This document shows, one piece after another, positions 28,342 to 36,012 of a stretch of DNA of 36,012 nt. The DNA is from Neisseriaceae bacterium (GTDB taxonomy: Bacteria > Pseudomonadota > Gammaproteobacteria > Burkholderiales > UBA11063), in NCBI GenBank assembly GCA_027371515.1, contig DAHXMX010000001.1, positions 1 to 36,012 on the forward strand, written 5' to 3'. The notes beneath the pieces were generated by a model. The model saw only the letters and a program-made list of their open reading frames with translations. It ran no database searches and was not told the DNA's origin. The translations under genes were made by a program, and so were the position numbers. Positions within the stretch are counted from its first letter, which is position 1, and each line of letters begins with the position of its first letter.

Positions 28342-29316
28342 TTATAATGTATCTACCTGTTTGAGTGGTTTATTAACAGTATAATCGTGTACACAATTAA
28401 AGGTTTTCTTTGGTGATGAACCGGAATTAGCATAACGATTACTGTTTGGTGAAAATAATCCGGTGTATTCCATAGCAATACTGTGATTAATTGCCTCAAT
28501 AAGTAAGCCAGAGGCTTTTAATTCAAGCATTTTGTTCCGTAATGCAGTTAAGCTAGATTTGGTCTTGTAGGTTTTCTTAGCTTCCTTGCGATAAGTAAAC
28601 CAATTGTTAACAGCAGTAATTTGTAGTTCATCAAAATCAGTATAATCAAATACTGGTTCATTGTTTTTAACGAATGTAGGTTTACCTCCAAATTCTGATA
28701 TTGTTTCTAAAATTGAATGGTCACTTTTATTATTAATACTCTCTGGAGTAATCTTAGTAGTAATCTCTGTTATTGCTCGGCGGTTTTCCGTATGACGGTG
28801 AGCGGATTTACCTACTACGGTGGTCGGGTTTCCGCCTATCGTGAGCGGATTTCCGCTTACGATGTGAGAACCAGCATTAATTGTTTTGTTTTGATTGATT
28901 CTATTGCTCATTAACCAAGCATTTACCACTTCTGGCACAAATAGAAAATATCTGGTTTTATCAAATGAGTATTTTGGATTAGGGTTTTTGTGAATTGAGA
29001 TAACTTTTTTATCAACTAGAACTTTGAGACCAGTATTGATAGCATCTTTTGAGTACAACAATACTCCAGCCTCTAGCTCTTCTGTGGTATGAAATTGGTA
29101 TAAGCTTTCATCTTGAATTCCTGCATCACCATTTACACATGAAATATTATTTTGAAACTTGGCCTTCTTGGATTGTTCTAGTTTGATATTGTGCCAATAT
29201 TCAAAAAATGATAACAATGCAGCAGCAGGTCTATTACCATCACAAAAATCTAATTGCCATTTACGCACGATTATCATGGGTTCAGAGTCTGGATGAATAA
29301 CACAACTTGTTTTCAT
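28342..29316 (-). CDS. Phage replication initiator protein (O-like)
   Basis: N-terminal winged-helix-like region with DKTRYF; low-complexity linker ending in ITTKIT; C-terminal WFTYRKE...SIAMEYTGLF; upstream of the DnaC-like gene. Confidence 0.8.
   Translation of the reverse strand: MKTSCVIHPDSEPMIIVRKWQLDFCDGNRPAAALLSFFEYWHNIKLEQSKKAKFQNNISCVNGDAGIQDESLYQFHTTEELEAGVLLYSKDAINTGLKVLVDKKVISIHKNPNPKYSFDKTRYFLFVPEVVNAWLMSNRINQNKTINAGSHIVSGNPLTIGGNPTTVVGKSAHRHTENRRAITEITTKITPESINNKSDHSILETISEFGGKPTFVKNNEPVFDYTDFDELQITAVNNWFTYRKEAKKTYKTKSSLTALRNKMLELKASGLLIEAINHSIAMEYTGLFSPNSNRYANSGSSPKKTFNCVHDYTVNKPLKQVDTL
28781..28855. repeat. Four iteron-like repeats CGG(A/T/G)TTTCCG, probable phage replication origin
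   Basis: Copies start at 28781, 28803 (degenerate), 28825 and 28846 (spacing 22, 22, 21 bp), inside the initiator gene. Confidence 0.7.
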
Positions 29317-29351
29317 ATTTGCACTTTATTCACAAATAAGTTAAATAGTGG

Positions 29352-29379
29352 TTCACACAATGCGTCATAGTGCTATAAT
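29352..29379 (+). promoter_or_regulatory. Sigma70 promoter candidate for the repressor gene (TTCACA-16 nt-TATAAT, extended -10 TGn)
   Basis: TGCTATAAT at 29371-29379 and TTCACA at 29352-29357. Confidence 0.55.
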
Positions 29380-29460
29380 AGTCCCTTGAGAGCGACAAGT
29401 ACACTACAACATCATATGTGTAAAGAGTTGCTAACAAAAACTGCCTAACGATATTGTAAC

Positions 29461-29484
29461 ACTATTCACTTATTCGTGAATAGT
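29461..29484. promoter_or_regulatory. Operator-like inverted repeat ACTATTCAC-N6-GTGAATAGT
   Basis: Perfect 9-bp arms just upstream of the repressor; a related inverted copy lies at 29327-29349. Confidence 0.6.
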
Positions 29485-29509
29485 AAATTTATTCAATAAG
29501 TGAAGTTTT

Positions 29510-30169
29510 ATGTATAAGAACATTTATCACGATATCCGAGTAGACAATCTCACTAAAATCATGGAGGATAAATACGGTAGCTGGAACTCCTTTTGTAAGG
29601 TTATTAGCAAAAGCAGTTCTTATATGAATGAGGTAATAAAAGGCATCAAACGTGAATTTACTGAGAATCTTGCACGGGAACTTGAATCTAAATTACATCT
29701 GAATCCCGGTAGCTTGGATATCAAAAATAGTGCCCTAGAAGAACAACGATATGCAATGGTTAATATATACTCACCGGTGTTATCAGCAGGCGATGGGAAT
29801 GATATATTTTCTGAAGAACATATCGGTGAATTATCAGTACCGATGCAATTAGTTAAACAACAAAAATTAGATGTAAGTAAGTTGGCCTGCTTAAGAGTTG
29901 AAGGTGATAGCATGGAGCCTAAGATTAATAATGGAGGCTATGTTGTTATTGATACATCTAAAAAAGAAATCAATAACAATAAAATCTATGCTTTTAATGT
30001 TGATGGTCTAATTAGAGTGAAGCGCTTATTTAATTCACTTGATGGGATTATTATTAGATCAGACAATGCTGCTTATCCAGAGGAAAAGATTAGCTCTGAA
30101 GACATGAAAGATGATGATATGAACTTTTTTATTGTAGGTAAGGTTGAGATTATATTGAATGGGGAATAG
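29510..30169 (+). CDS. CI-like phage repressor (HTH plus S24 peptidase)
   Basis: N-terminal HTH with ARELE..L.L.PG.LD; SAG cleavage-site region; VEGDSMEP catalytic Ser; VKRL catalytic Lys. Confidence 0.93.
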   Translation: MYKNIYHDIRVDNLTKIMEDKYGSWNSFCKVISKSSSYMNEVIKGIKREFTENLARELESKLHLNPGSLDIKNSALEEQRYAMVNIYSPVLSAGDGNDIFSEEHIGELSVPMQLVKQQKLDVSKLACLRVEGDSMEPKINNGGYVVIDTSKKEINNNKIYAFNVDGLIRVKRLFNSLDGIIIRSDNAAYPEEKISSEDMKDDDMNFFIVGKVEIILNGE

Positions 30170-30202
30170 CAACATCTGCTTCTGTACTAATCTTATTGCA
30201 TG

Positions 30203-30552
30203 TGAAACTACCAATTTGGTAGTTTGTGTATAAATAAGATAATGTACTGTGAATAATGGGATGATGGTTATTGGTTGTAAAATAAATTTTCTGGCGGGTT
30301 GAGCCTAAAAAATAGGGATACCCCTGTATTTTTGGCATGCTTTGGATATCTATTGTCCCCAATGCGTCCCCAGATAATATATAAATGAAATAAAACTGCG
30401 TTATATCAATTACTTATTCACTATTGAAGGGTGTTAGAATACCCGCTCTCGGTAGATTAGAGATGGTTAGTAGATTGATTGAGTTTATGATCTTTTTGAG
30501 ACGTTGGATGAAATGAGTGTGAAAGATGCAAACTACCAAATTGGTAGTTTCA
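30203..30552. repeat. Pair of perfect 24-bp inverted repeats, each containing a 21-bp palindrome
   Basis: TGAAACTACCAATTTGGTAGTTTG at 30203-30226 and its exact reverse complement at 30529-30552. Confidence 0.85.
30355..30416. promoter_or_regulatory. att-arm-like motifs: GTCCCCA direct repeat and IHF consensus site
   Basis: GTCCCCA at 30355 and 30366 (11-bp period); TATCAATTACTTA at 30404-30416 matches WATCAANNNNTTR. Confidence 0.4.
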
Positions 30553-30597
30553 GAGAGAAGAAGATATGTACTGAAGGGAAGGATGTGTTTTTGCATC

Positions 30598-31704
30598 ATG
30601 CAACAACAATACAACAGAATTCATGGATTAGATACATTAAGAGCCAGCGCAATAATCTTGGTATATGTTTATCATTTTGCGTTTGTTACCAATAAAGCAG
30701 TTCTTGATATTGGATGGGTCGGTGTTGATTTGTTCTTTGTGCTTAGTGGATATCTTATAGGGCACCAGATATTTGCTGATATTGCACATAAACGAAACTT
30801 CTCAATCAAAATATTTATAATGCGTCGTTTATTTAGGACTTTTCCAAACTATTTAGTGGTATTAACAGCATATTTTTGTATTAGTGGATTTCGCGAAAAA
30901 CCAATTTTACTACCACTGTGGAAGTTTTTAACTTTTACAATGAATTTTGGATTAAGAACTGGAGTAGCATTTTCTCATGCTTGGTCTTTGTGCATAGAGG
31001 AACAATTCTATTTAGCTCTACCAATAATCGCAATGCTTGTATATTACAGAAAATCAATCAAATTAGCTTGGTATTTAATCATATTTGCTTTGATTGGAGG
31101 CGTAGCATTAAGAAGTTATCTGTGGTTGAAATATTGTGGTACATCACCAAGTCCAGATGCATTTAATTATAAAGGTTATTATACTCATATCTATTACTTT
31201 ACATTTTGCAGATTAGATGAACTATTAGCAGGGATCGCAATTGCTCTTTTAAGGGATTTTCATAGTCATATTTGGTATAAAATTACCAGTAAAGGAAATC
31301 TATTTTTAATATTTGGTATCATAAGCACCGGCATAACATTTTATATGTTCATTAATTCCCAGTGTTCATTAATACCTACTATTATTGGTTTTCCAATGCT
31401 TGGATTAAGTTTCGGGTTATTAGTTATTGCTGCCTTGAGCCCAAACTCGCTATTACATAAAACTCGAATTCCAGGAGCTGAAAAGCTAGCTATTTGGTCA
31501 TTTGCGATTTATTTAATCCAGAAACCATTAGACCATTTGACTGCCACAACACTTATCAAATACCATTTGGCTACTGCATCTAACCCAATCACTATGCTTT
31601 GTACCATTTCTGTATCATTATTATGTGGATGGGTATTGTATTCTTTGATTGAGACTCCGTTTATGAAATTGCGTGATAAAATTTATCCTAAACCCAAGTG
31701 GTAA
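30598..31704 (+). CDS. Acyltransferase-3 family (OafA/YrhL-like) membrane O-acyltransferase
   Basis: RIHGLDTLRA, GWVGVDLFFVLSGYLI, RR.FR..P.Y, HAWSLCIEEQFY and SF.IYL motifs; multiple TM segments; likely start MQQQY at 30598. Confidence 0.92.
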   Translation: MQQQYNRIHGLDTLRASAIILVYVYHFAFVTNKAVLDIGWVGVDLFFVLSGYLIGHQIFADIAHKRNFSIKIFIMRRLFRTFPNYLVVLTAYFCISGFREKPILLPLWKFLTFTMNFGLRTGVAFSHAWSLCIEEQFYLALPIIAMLVYYRKSIKLAWYLIIFALIGGVALRSYLWLKYCGTSPSPDAFNYKGYYTHIYYFTFCRLDELLAGIAIALLRDFHSHIWYKITSKGNLFLIFGIISTGITFYMFINSQCSLIPTIIGFPMLGLSFGLLVIAALSPNSLLHKTRIPGAEKLAIWSFAIYLIQKPLDHLTATTLIKYHLATASNPITMLCTISVSLLCGWVLYSLIETPFMKLRDKIYPKPKW

Positions 31705-31722
31705 TTTTAGGGAATTAAGATT

Positions 31723-32931
31723 ATGAATACAATAATACGACCTATGTTAAATCTGCTACTTATAAGTTTAGTTGCTTGTAGTAATGGCAGAAGCGTATCA
31801 ACTCCAACTAACAACACTGTGCCACTTGTTGTTGATGCCGGTTATAATGGACAAGCTACTAATCGAGCGTTTATTTCAATACAAATATGTCAACCTGGCA
31901 CTAACAATTGCCAAACATTAGATTATGTTGTAGTAGATACGGGCTCAGTTGGACTAAATATCGATGGCTCACAATTAAATTTAGCCTTACCATCAGTTGA
32001 TTATTCCAATAATCCAATTTACCGTTGTGCACAATATGGATCAGGTTATAATTTTGGTCCGATGCAAACTGCTGATATCAGAATCGCAGGTGAAGTTGCC
32101 GCTAATTTCCCTATCACAATCTTTCAGAATTCCGGACCCGCAAGCTGCTCTAATGGATCTCCTGTTGTGACATTAAATGATGTAGTTGGAGGAGCTAAGG
32201 CTATTATGGGTCTTGGTGTGATTAATCCATCAAATAGCTTGATGTATCCTGGATTATATTCATGTATCAACAATAACTGCAATCCACTTGGTACAAATAT
32301 TAATATTACAACTCCATTGGTAAGAAATGTAGTATCAACTTTTGCAACAGATAATAATGGAGTGATCTTTAATCTTCCTGCAGTTCGTGCCGCAACTAAC
32401 ACACCAATCACTGGTACCTTGACTTTCGGTATCAATACTCAGGCAGATAATATGGCGCCTCAATCAGCCCACACTGTAAAAGCTAATCCAGTATTATTTG
32501 CCAATAACGTTCCATTGGTAGGCTACTTCTCTGCCAATAATGGCGCAAGCACTACTCCTGCAATTTTTGATAGTGGCACACCATCAGTTCAATTTTATTC
32601 TCCAAATATTACTCAGTGTACCGGTGCATTTACAGGCATATACTGCCCTAATCCATCACCAACCAATTGGACTTCAACAATCAGTAGCTATAATGGTTCC
32701 GAGAATTTTCCTATCACTATGTCTATTGTGGATTATTCCAGTCTTGCAACCATTCCAGCAATTTTACCAGGATTAGGTCAGGTGCAAACTGCAAATAGTT
32801 TCACATCATACGGTCTTACATTTTTCTATGGCAAAACTATTTATGCGAGGTTTGCTAATAATCCAGCAAATATCATTGATCCATCATTGCCACTAGCAAC
32901 TGGGCCTGCATGGGGATTCAAGGATAATTAA
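31723..32931 (+). CDS. DUF3443-like lipoprotein with two aspartic-protease motifs
   Basis: Lipobox LVAC; IC.PGT..CQT.D...VDTGS.GL, DNNGV, GTLTFGI.TQ.DN, DSGT and GL.FFYG motifs. Confidence 0.75.
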   Translation: MNTIIRPMLNLLLISLVACSNGRSVSTPTNNTVPLVVDAGYNGQATNRAFISIQICQPGTNNCQTLDYVVVDTGSVGLNIDGSQLNLALPSVDYSNNPIYRCAQYGSGYNFGPMQTADIRIAGEVAANFPITIFQNSGPASCSNGSPVVTLNDVVGGAKAIMGLGVINPSNSLMYPGLYSCINNNCNPLGTNINITTPLVRNVVSTFATDNNGVIFNLPAVRAATNTPITGTLTFGINTQADNMAPQSAHTVKANPVLFANNVPLVGYFSANNGASTTPAIFDSGTPSVQFYSPNITQCTGAFTGIYCPNPSPTNWTSTISSYNGSENFPITMSIVDYSSLATIPAILPGLGQVQTANSFTSYGLTFFYGKTIYARFANNPANIIDPSLPLATGPAWGFKDN

Positions 32932-33000
32932 TTTTCTGGTATAATTATGGTTCTTTGGTGATACTATTTTTTTTAATTTGCAATATTTTTGAGGTGAGTT

Positions 33001-33417
33001 ATGAAAAAATTTATAAGTATAGGTGTAGCAGCTACTCTAATGACTGGATGCGCCTCTTTGTTTAGCACAGAAACTCAGGCTGTTAAAATTAATCCAAAAG
33101 TTGATAATCAATCTATTTCTGGAGTGAAATGCTCAGTTCAAAATGGTAGAGGTTATTGGATGGCAACTGGCAGCGATGACGTAATTATCAGACGCGATAG
33201 CAGACCTCTTGCTATTAGTTGTTATAATCAAAATAAAACTTATATTGGATCAACTAGCATAGCTTCTTATTACAATACTACTAATCTTTGGAATATACCT
33301 TTAACTATAATACCAGCTGCGGGAATTGCTGGTTGGGTGTTAGATGGCACCAATGGTACTGCCAATGAATATCCAGCATCAATAGATGTTAATATGCATA
33401 AAACAGGTGCAAACTAG
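33001..33417 (+). CDS. Hypothetical lipoprotein
   Basis: GAGGTG ribosome-binding site, lipobox MTGC, C-terminal hydrophobic segment followed by D..NG....YP. Confidence 0.75.
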   Translation: MKKFISIGVAATLMTGCASLFSTETQAVKINPKVDNQSISGVKCSVQNGRGYWMATGSDDVIIRRDSRPLAISCYNQNKTYIGSTSIASYYNTTNLWNIPLTIIPAAGIAGWVLDGTNGTANEYPASIDVNMHKTGAN

Positions 33418-33447
33418 AAACGTTTTTAGAATAATTATGTGGGAGGT

Positions 33448-34017
33448 ATGATGAAAGTTACTAAATTATTAAGTGTGGGTATTGTTTTGTTTGTATCGCT
33501 TTACCTTTGTGGTTGTGCAGCATTGGTTGTTGGCGGGGGAGCCACTGCAGCGACTGTCGCTGATACTCGTGGGCCTGGAACTGTAATTAGCGATCAATCA
33601 CTAGAGCATGATGTTAATTCTAATTTAAAAGGTGCTGTACCAAATGGCAGTTTCACCGTTGCAAGTTATAGTCATGAGGTATTGCTTGCTGGGCAAGTAC
33701 CAACTGCTGCTGATAAAAAAGCAGCAATGTTTGCAGTAAAAAATACCAAAAATGTTAAAAAAGTATGGAATTATTTGACTATTGGTACAAATGAATCGCT
33801 TGCTGATATTTCAAATGACACCTACCTAACATCAGTTGCCAAGACAAGATTAATAGGGCAAAAAGGTGTAAATGCAAATAACATCAAAGTGGTTACCTGC
33901 AATGGTGTGGTATATTTACTTGGCAAAAAATCTGGTGATCCAGTACAAATTAATGGAGCAATTGAAGGAATTCGCCAAATTGATGGAGTCAAAAACGTGA
34001 TTAATTTGATTCATTGA
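33448..34017 (+). CDS. Dual BON-domain lipoprotein (DolP/YraP-like)
   Basis: Lipobox LCGC; DTR..GT...D, VLLAGQVP and IKVVT.NGVVYLLG motifs. Confidence 0.9.
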   Translation: MMKVTKLLSVGIVLFVSLYLCGCAALVVGGGATAATVADTRGPGTVISDQSLEHDVNSNLKGAVPNGSFTVASYSHEVLLAGQVPTAADKKAAMFAVKNTKNVKKVWNYLTIGTNESLADISNDTYLTSVAKTRLIGQKGVNANNIKVVTCNGVVYLLGKKSGDPVQINGAIEGIRQIDGVKNVINLIH

Positions 34018-34050
34018 TAAATGTTGAGATGAATCATATAGGAGTATTTT

Positions 34051-35259
34051 GTGAGATTAAAATCTTTTAAAGCTGCATGCATTGTAGTGTCGTGTACAGC
34101 TATAATTAGTTGCAATAATCGTGTTGGAGCGGCTCCAGCTCAACAAGAAATAGAATTAACAACTGCCGCACAAAATTATATTAAGACTTTCTTGAGCAAT
34201 GAGGGCAAATCGAATTACCCAATTACCGCAATGACTCTCACCATGTCTTGCAATGCAACAGTTTCTGGCACTGCTACCGCTGGAACTATGGGTGTAAATA
34301 ATCCTAATCCAGTGCCATTAAATGCGCTCTTTAGGATTGGTAGTATTACCAAGTCTTTTGTATCAGTAATTATCCTTAATCTAGCTGATGAAGGAAAATT
34401 AAGCTTAGACGATACAATAGGTAAATATTTTCCACAATATCCAGAATGGAGTAATATCACCGTACGTCAAATGTTAAACATGACAAGTGGTTTACAGGAC
34501 GATGACGGTATTTTAGGTCAATTACCGATATCAGCATTTGATAGTTACATTGATCCGGTTACTCAAATTCTTAATCCACTGTCAACAATGAATCTATTGT
34601 TTCCATCAGGAAATGGATGGAGTTATTCGAACCCAGACTACATATTACTAGCTTTATTAGTAGAGCAGATTACTGGGCAACCTTTTGAAACATCACTCAC
34701 AAAATACATCACTGGCCCCAATAAACTTAACTTAACAAACACTTTCTTTGTAAGAAATTTACCAAGTCAGACTGTAAATCCAAATCTAGTTGTAAATAAT
34801 TTATGTTTCGATTGTTTCAATCATCAACCTGAAGTAGACTGGACAAATAAAACGCTCTCATTTGACTTTGGGGCAGGCAATATTCTTTCAACATCGCAAG
34901 ACATTAGTAAATATGTGTATGGATTATTTACTCCAGGAGTATTACTAAGCAATAAGGAATTTCAACAACTCACGACCTGGTATTCACTGCAGAATGGACA
35001 ACAGGTAAATGGGCCAACTGCAACTGCTAGCACTGTATTTGGTTTAGGGGTAAGTGCAATATATCTTTCTAATAATCATCAATTTCTATATCAATTTACT
35101 GGAGTAGAACCTGGTTATTACGTATTTTCATACGCTGTTGACCCTGACACTAATCATGCAGTTTCTTTTGCTATAAACGGTTATCCGGCTAATGTAGCTT
35201 ATTTGAATATTTTTATTGGCAATGTACTTGATAGTCTCGGAACTATTTGTCAGCAATAA
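34051..35259 (+). CDS. Serine hydrolase, beta-lactamase class C / D-Ala-D-Ala carboxypeptidase family lipoprotein
   Basis: FRIGSITKSF (SxxK), ITVRQMLNMTSGL, YSN, lipobox-like IISC; AGGAG ribosome-binding site before the GTG. Confidence 0.9.
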   Translation: MRLKSFKAACIVVSCTAIISCNNRVGAAPAQQEIELTTAAQNYIKTFLSNEGKSNYPITAMTLTMSCNATVSGTATAGTMGVNNPNPVPLNALFRIGSITKSFVSVIILNLADEGKLSLDDTIGKYFPQYPEWSNITVRQMLNMTSGLQDDDGILGQLPISAFDSYIDPVTQILNPLSTMNLLFPSGNGWSYSNPDYILLALLVEQITGQPFETSLTKYITGPNKLNLTNTFFVRNLPSQTVNPNLVVNNLCFDCFNHQPEVDWTNKTLSFDFGAGNILSTSQDISKYVYGLFTPGVLLSNKEFQQLTTWYSLQNGQQVNGPTATASTVFGLGVSAIYLSNNHQFLYQFTGVEPGYYVFSYAVDPDTNHAVSFAINGYPANVAYLNIFIGNVLDSLGTICQQ

Positions 35260-35261
35260 AA

Positions 35262-36012
35262 TTATAATTTAGGTTTTGGTGTCATATTTGGTTTATCCCA
35301 AATATAAACAAATGCATCTTTAGATGGAAATCTCAAATCCTCTTGTTTAACAATTTGTTTAAATCCAAAGCGAGAGTAAAGTTTTGGTGCAGCATCTTTT
35401 CCCGCTCCTTCTAGCGGTAAAGTTAATACATTATACTTTGCCTCAGTGTAAAGAGGTAGCTCCACCAAGGCTTTGAATAGAAAAGCACTACAACCTTTTT
35501 GGCGGTATTTTTCATCAACTACCATATCAGATATAAATCCAATAGAACCGTTGCTAAGATAACGAACAAAGCCAATATAATCATCACCGTCTTTTAAAGC
35601 CAATACTATGGCTGCAGCTTTCACCCTTGATTTAATAAAATCATCAGTGTAATTTTTACCCCAATATGTTTGTCGCATTAGCTTTCCAAGTTGGGTAATT
35701 TCTTTAAGCATTAATTCTTTTGATGTAGGTGAATCTCCCATAATTATTTGAATTTTAGGTATGCTTTTAGGTACAAATGACAAATCAATCAACTTCAGAT
35801 TATCTTGAGCTTGTACCATTATAAATTCATCGGGATAGTGTTTATATTTTGTTGTAGTACGAGCCAATGGTGATAATTGCGAATCCGGGAGGAAAGCAAA
35901 AAGCCTAGATTTATGTTCTACCATCCAGCCTTCAATACAAGTCATCATGAAATGCATTGCTTCATTATCTACAGTATTTGGTACAATATTACTTAGGAGC
36001 GCAGTTTTATCT
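35262..36012 (-). CDS. GNAT family N-acetyltransferase, 5' end beyond the window edge
   Basis: ISDMVVDEKYRQKG acetyl-CoA motif and LYSRFGF; the frame stays open from 35957 to the window end. Confidence 0.8.
   Translation of the reverse strand, partial: DKTALLSNIVPNTVDNEAMHFMMTCIEGWMVEHKSRLFAFLPDSQLSPLARTTTKYKHYPDEFIMVQAQDNLKLIDLSFVPKSIPKIQIIMGDSPTSKELMLKEITQLGKLMRQTYWGKNYTDDFIKSRVKAAAIVLALKDGDDYIGFVRYLSNGSIGFISDMVVDEKYRQKGCSAFLFKALVELPLYTEAKYNVLTLPLEGAGKDAAPKLYSRFGFKQIVKQEDLRFPSKDAFVYIWDKPNMTPKPKL

Larger units (their letters stand above)
60..30450 (-). mobile_element. Prophage or prophage-derived element with contractile tail, Mu-like structural genes and lambdoid-style replication/immunity module; left end probably outside the window
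   Basis: Contiguous co-oriented terminase, portal, capsid, sheath, tube and baseplate genes plus replication genes and a divergent CI-like repressor. Right boundary inferred from att-arm-like motifs near 30355-30450 and the switch to host-like genes. Confidence 0.9.

Noticed and set aside
28781-28855. CRISPR-like mini-array
   Set aside because: Repeats of 10 bp with a 21-22 bp period inside a coding gene, and no cas genes; fits iterons.
522-28914. Many 60-130 aa plus-strand ORFs overlapping phage genes (e.g. 14448-14846, 18314-18652, 21996-22394, 27941-28261)
   Set aside because: All lie antisense within well-supported genes and show shadow-like composition.
60-30169. Transposable Mu-type phage
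   Set aside because: Structural genes are Mu-like, but no MuA/MuB is seen and replication is of the initiator/loader type.
30427-30452. tRNA gene
   Set aside because: Only a loose T-arm-like hairpin; no cloverleaf or CCA end.
30150-30695. Short ORFs 30150-30362, 30414-30614 and 30504-30695, and the long N-terminal start of the acyltransferase at 30526
   Set aside because: No motifs or convincing ribosome-binding sites; they overlap repeat and regulatory DNA. Family similarity begins near 30598.

Overview
AT-rich bacterial window. About 30 kb (60-~30450) is an apparently intact prophage-like element with a contractile tail. It reads on the minus strand as: replication initiator with internal iterons, DnaC-like loader, RusA, DNA methyltransferase, SF3 helicase-like ATPase, gpF-like head protein, terS, three small ORFs, terL, portal, protease/scaffold, decoration protein, capsid, neck, sheath, tube, frameshifted tail chaperone, tape measure, Mu-like baseplate (gp43-gp48 equivalents) and fibre genes. 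A divergent CI-like S24 repressor sits directly opposite the replication gene. No cro, early-left/recombination operon, integrase or lysis gene is visible in the window. Two opposite-strand insertions interrupt the late operon: a MepB-family gene and an 86-aa ORF. Behind cI is a 350-bp segment bounded by perfect 24-bp inverted repeats that contains att-arm-like motifs. It lies just upstream of an acyltransferase-3 gene, which is followed by probable host genes (DUF3443-like aspartic-protease lipoprotein, small lipoprotein, BON lipoprotein, serine hydrolase, GNAT). All family calls come from motif recognition and synteny; no database search was run.
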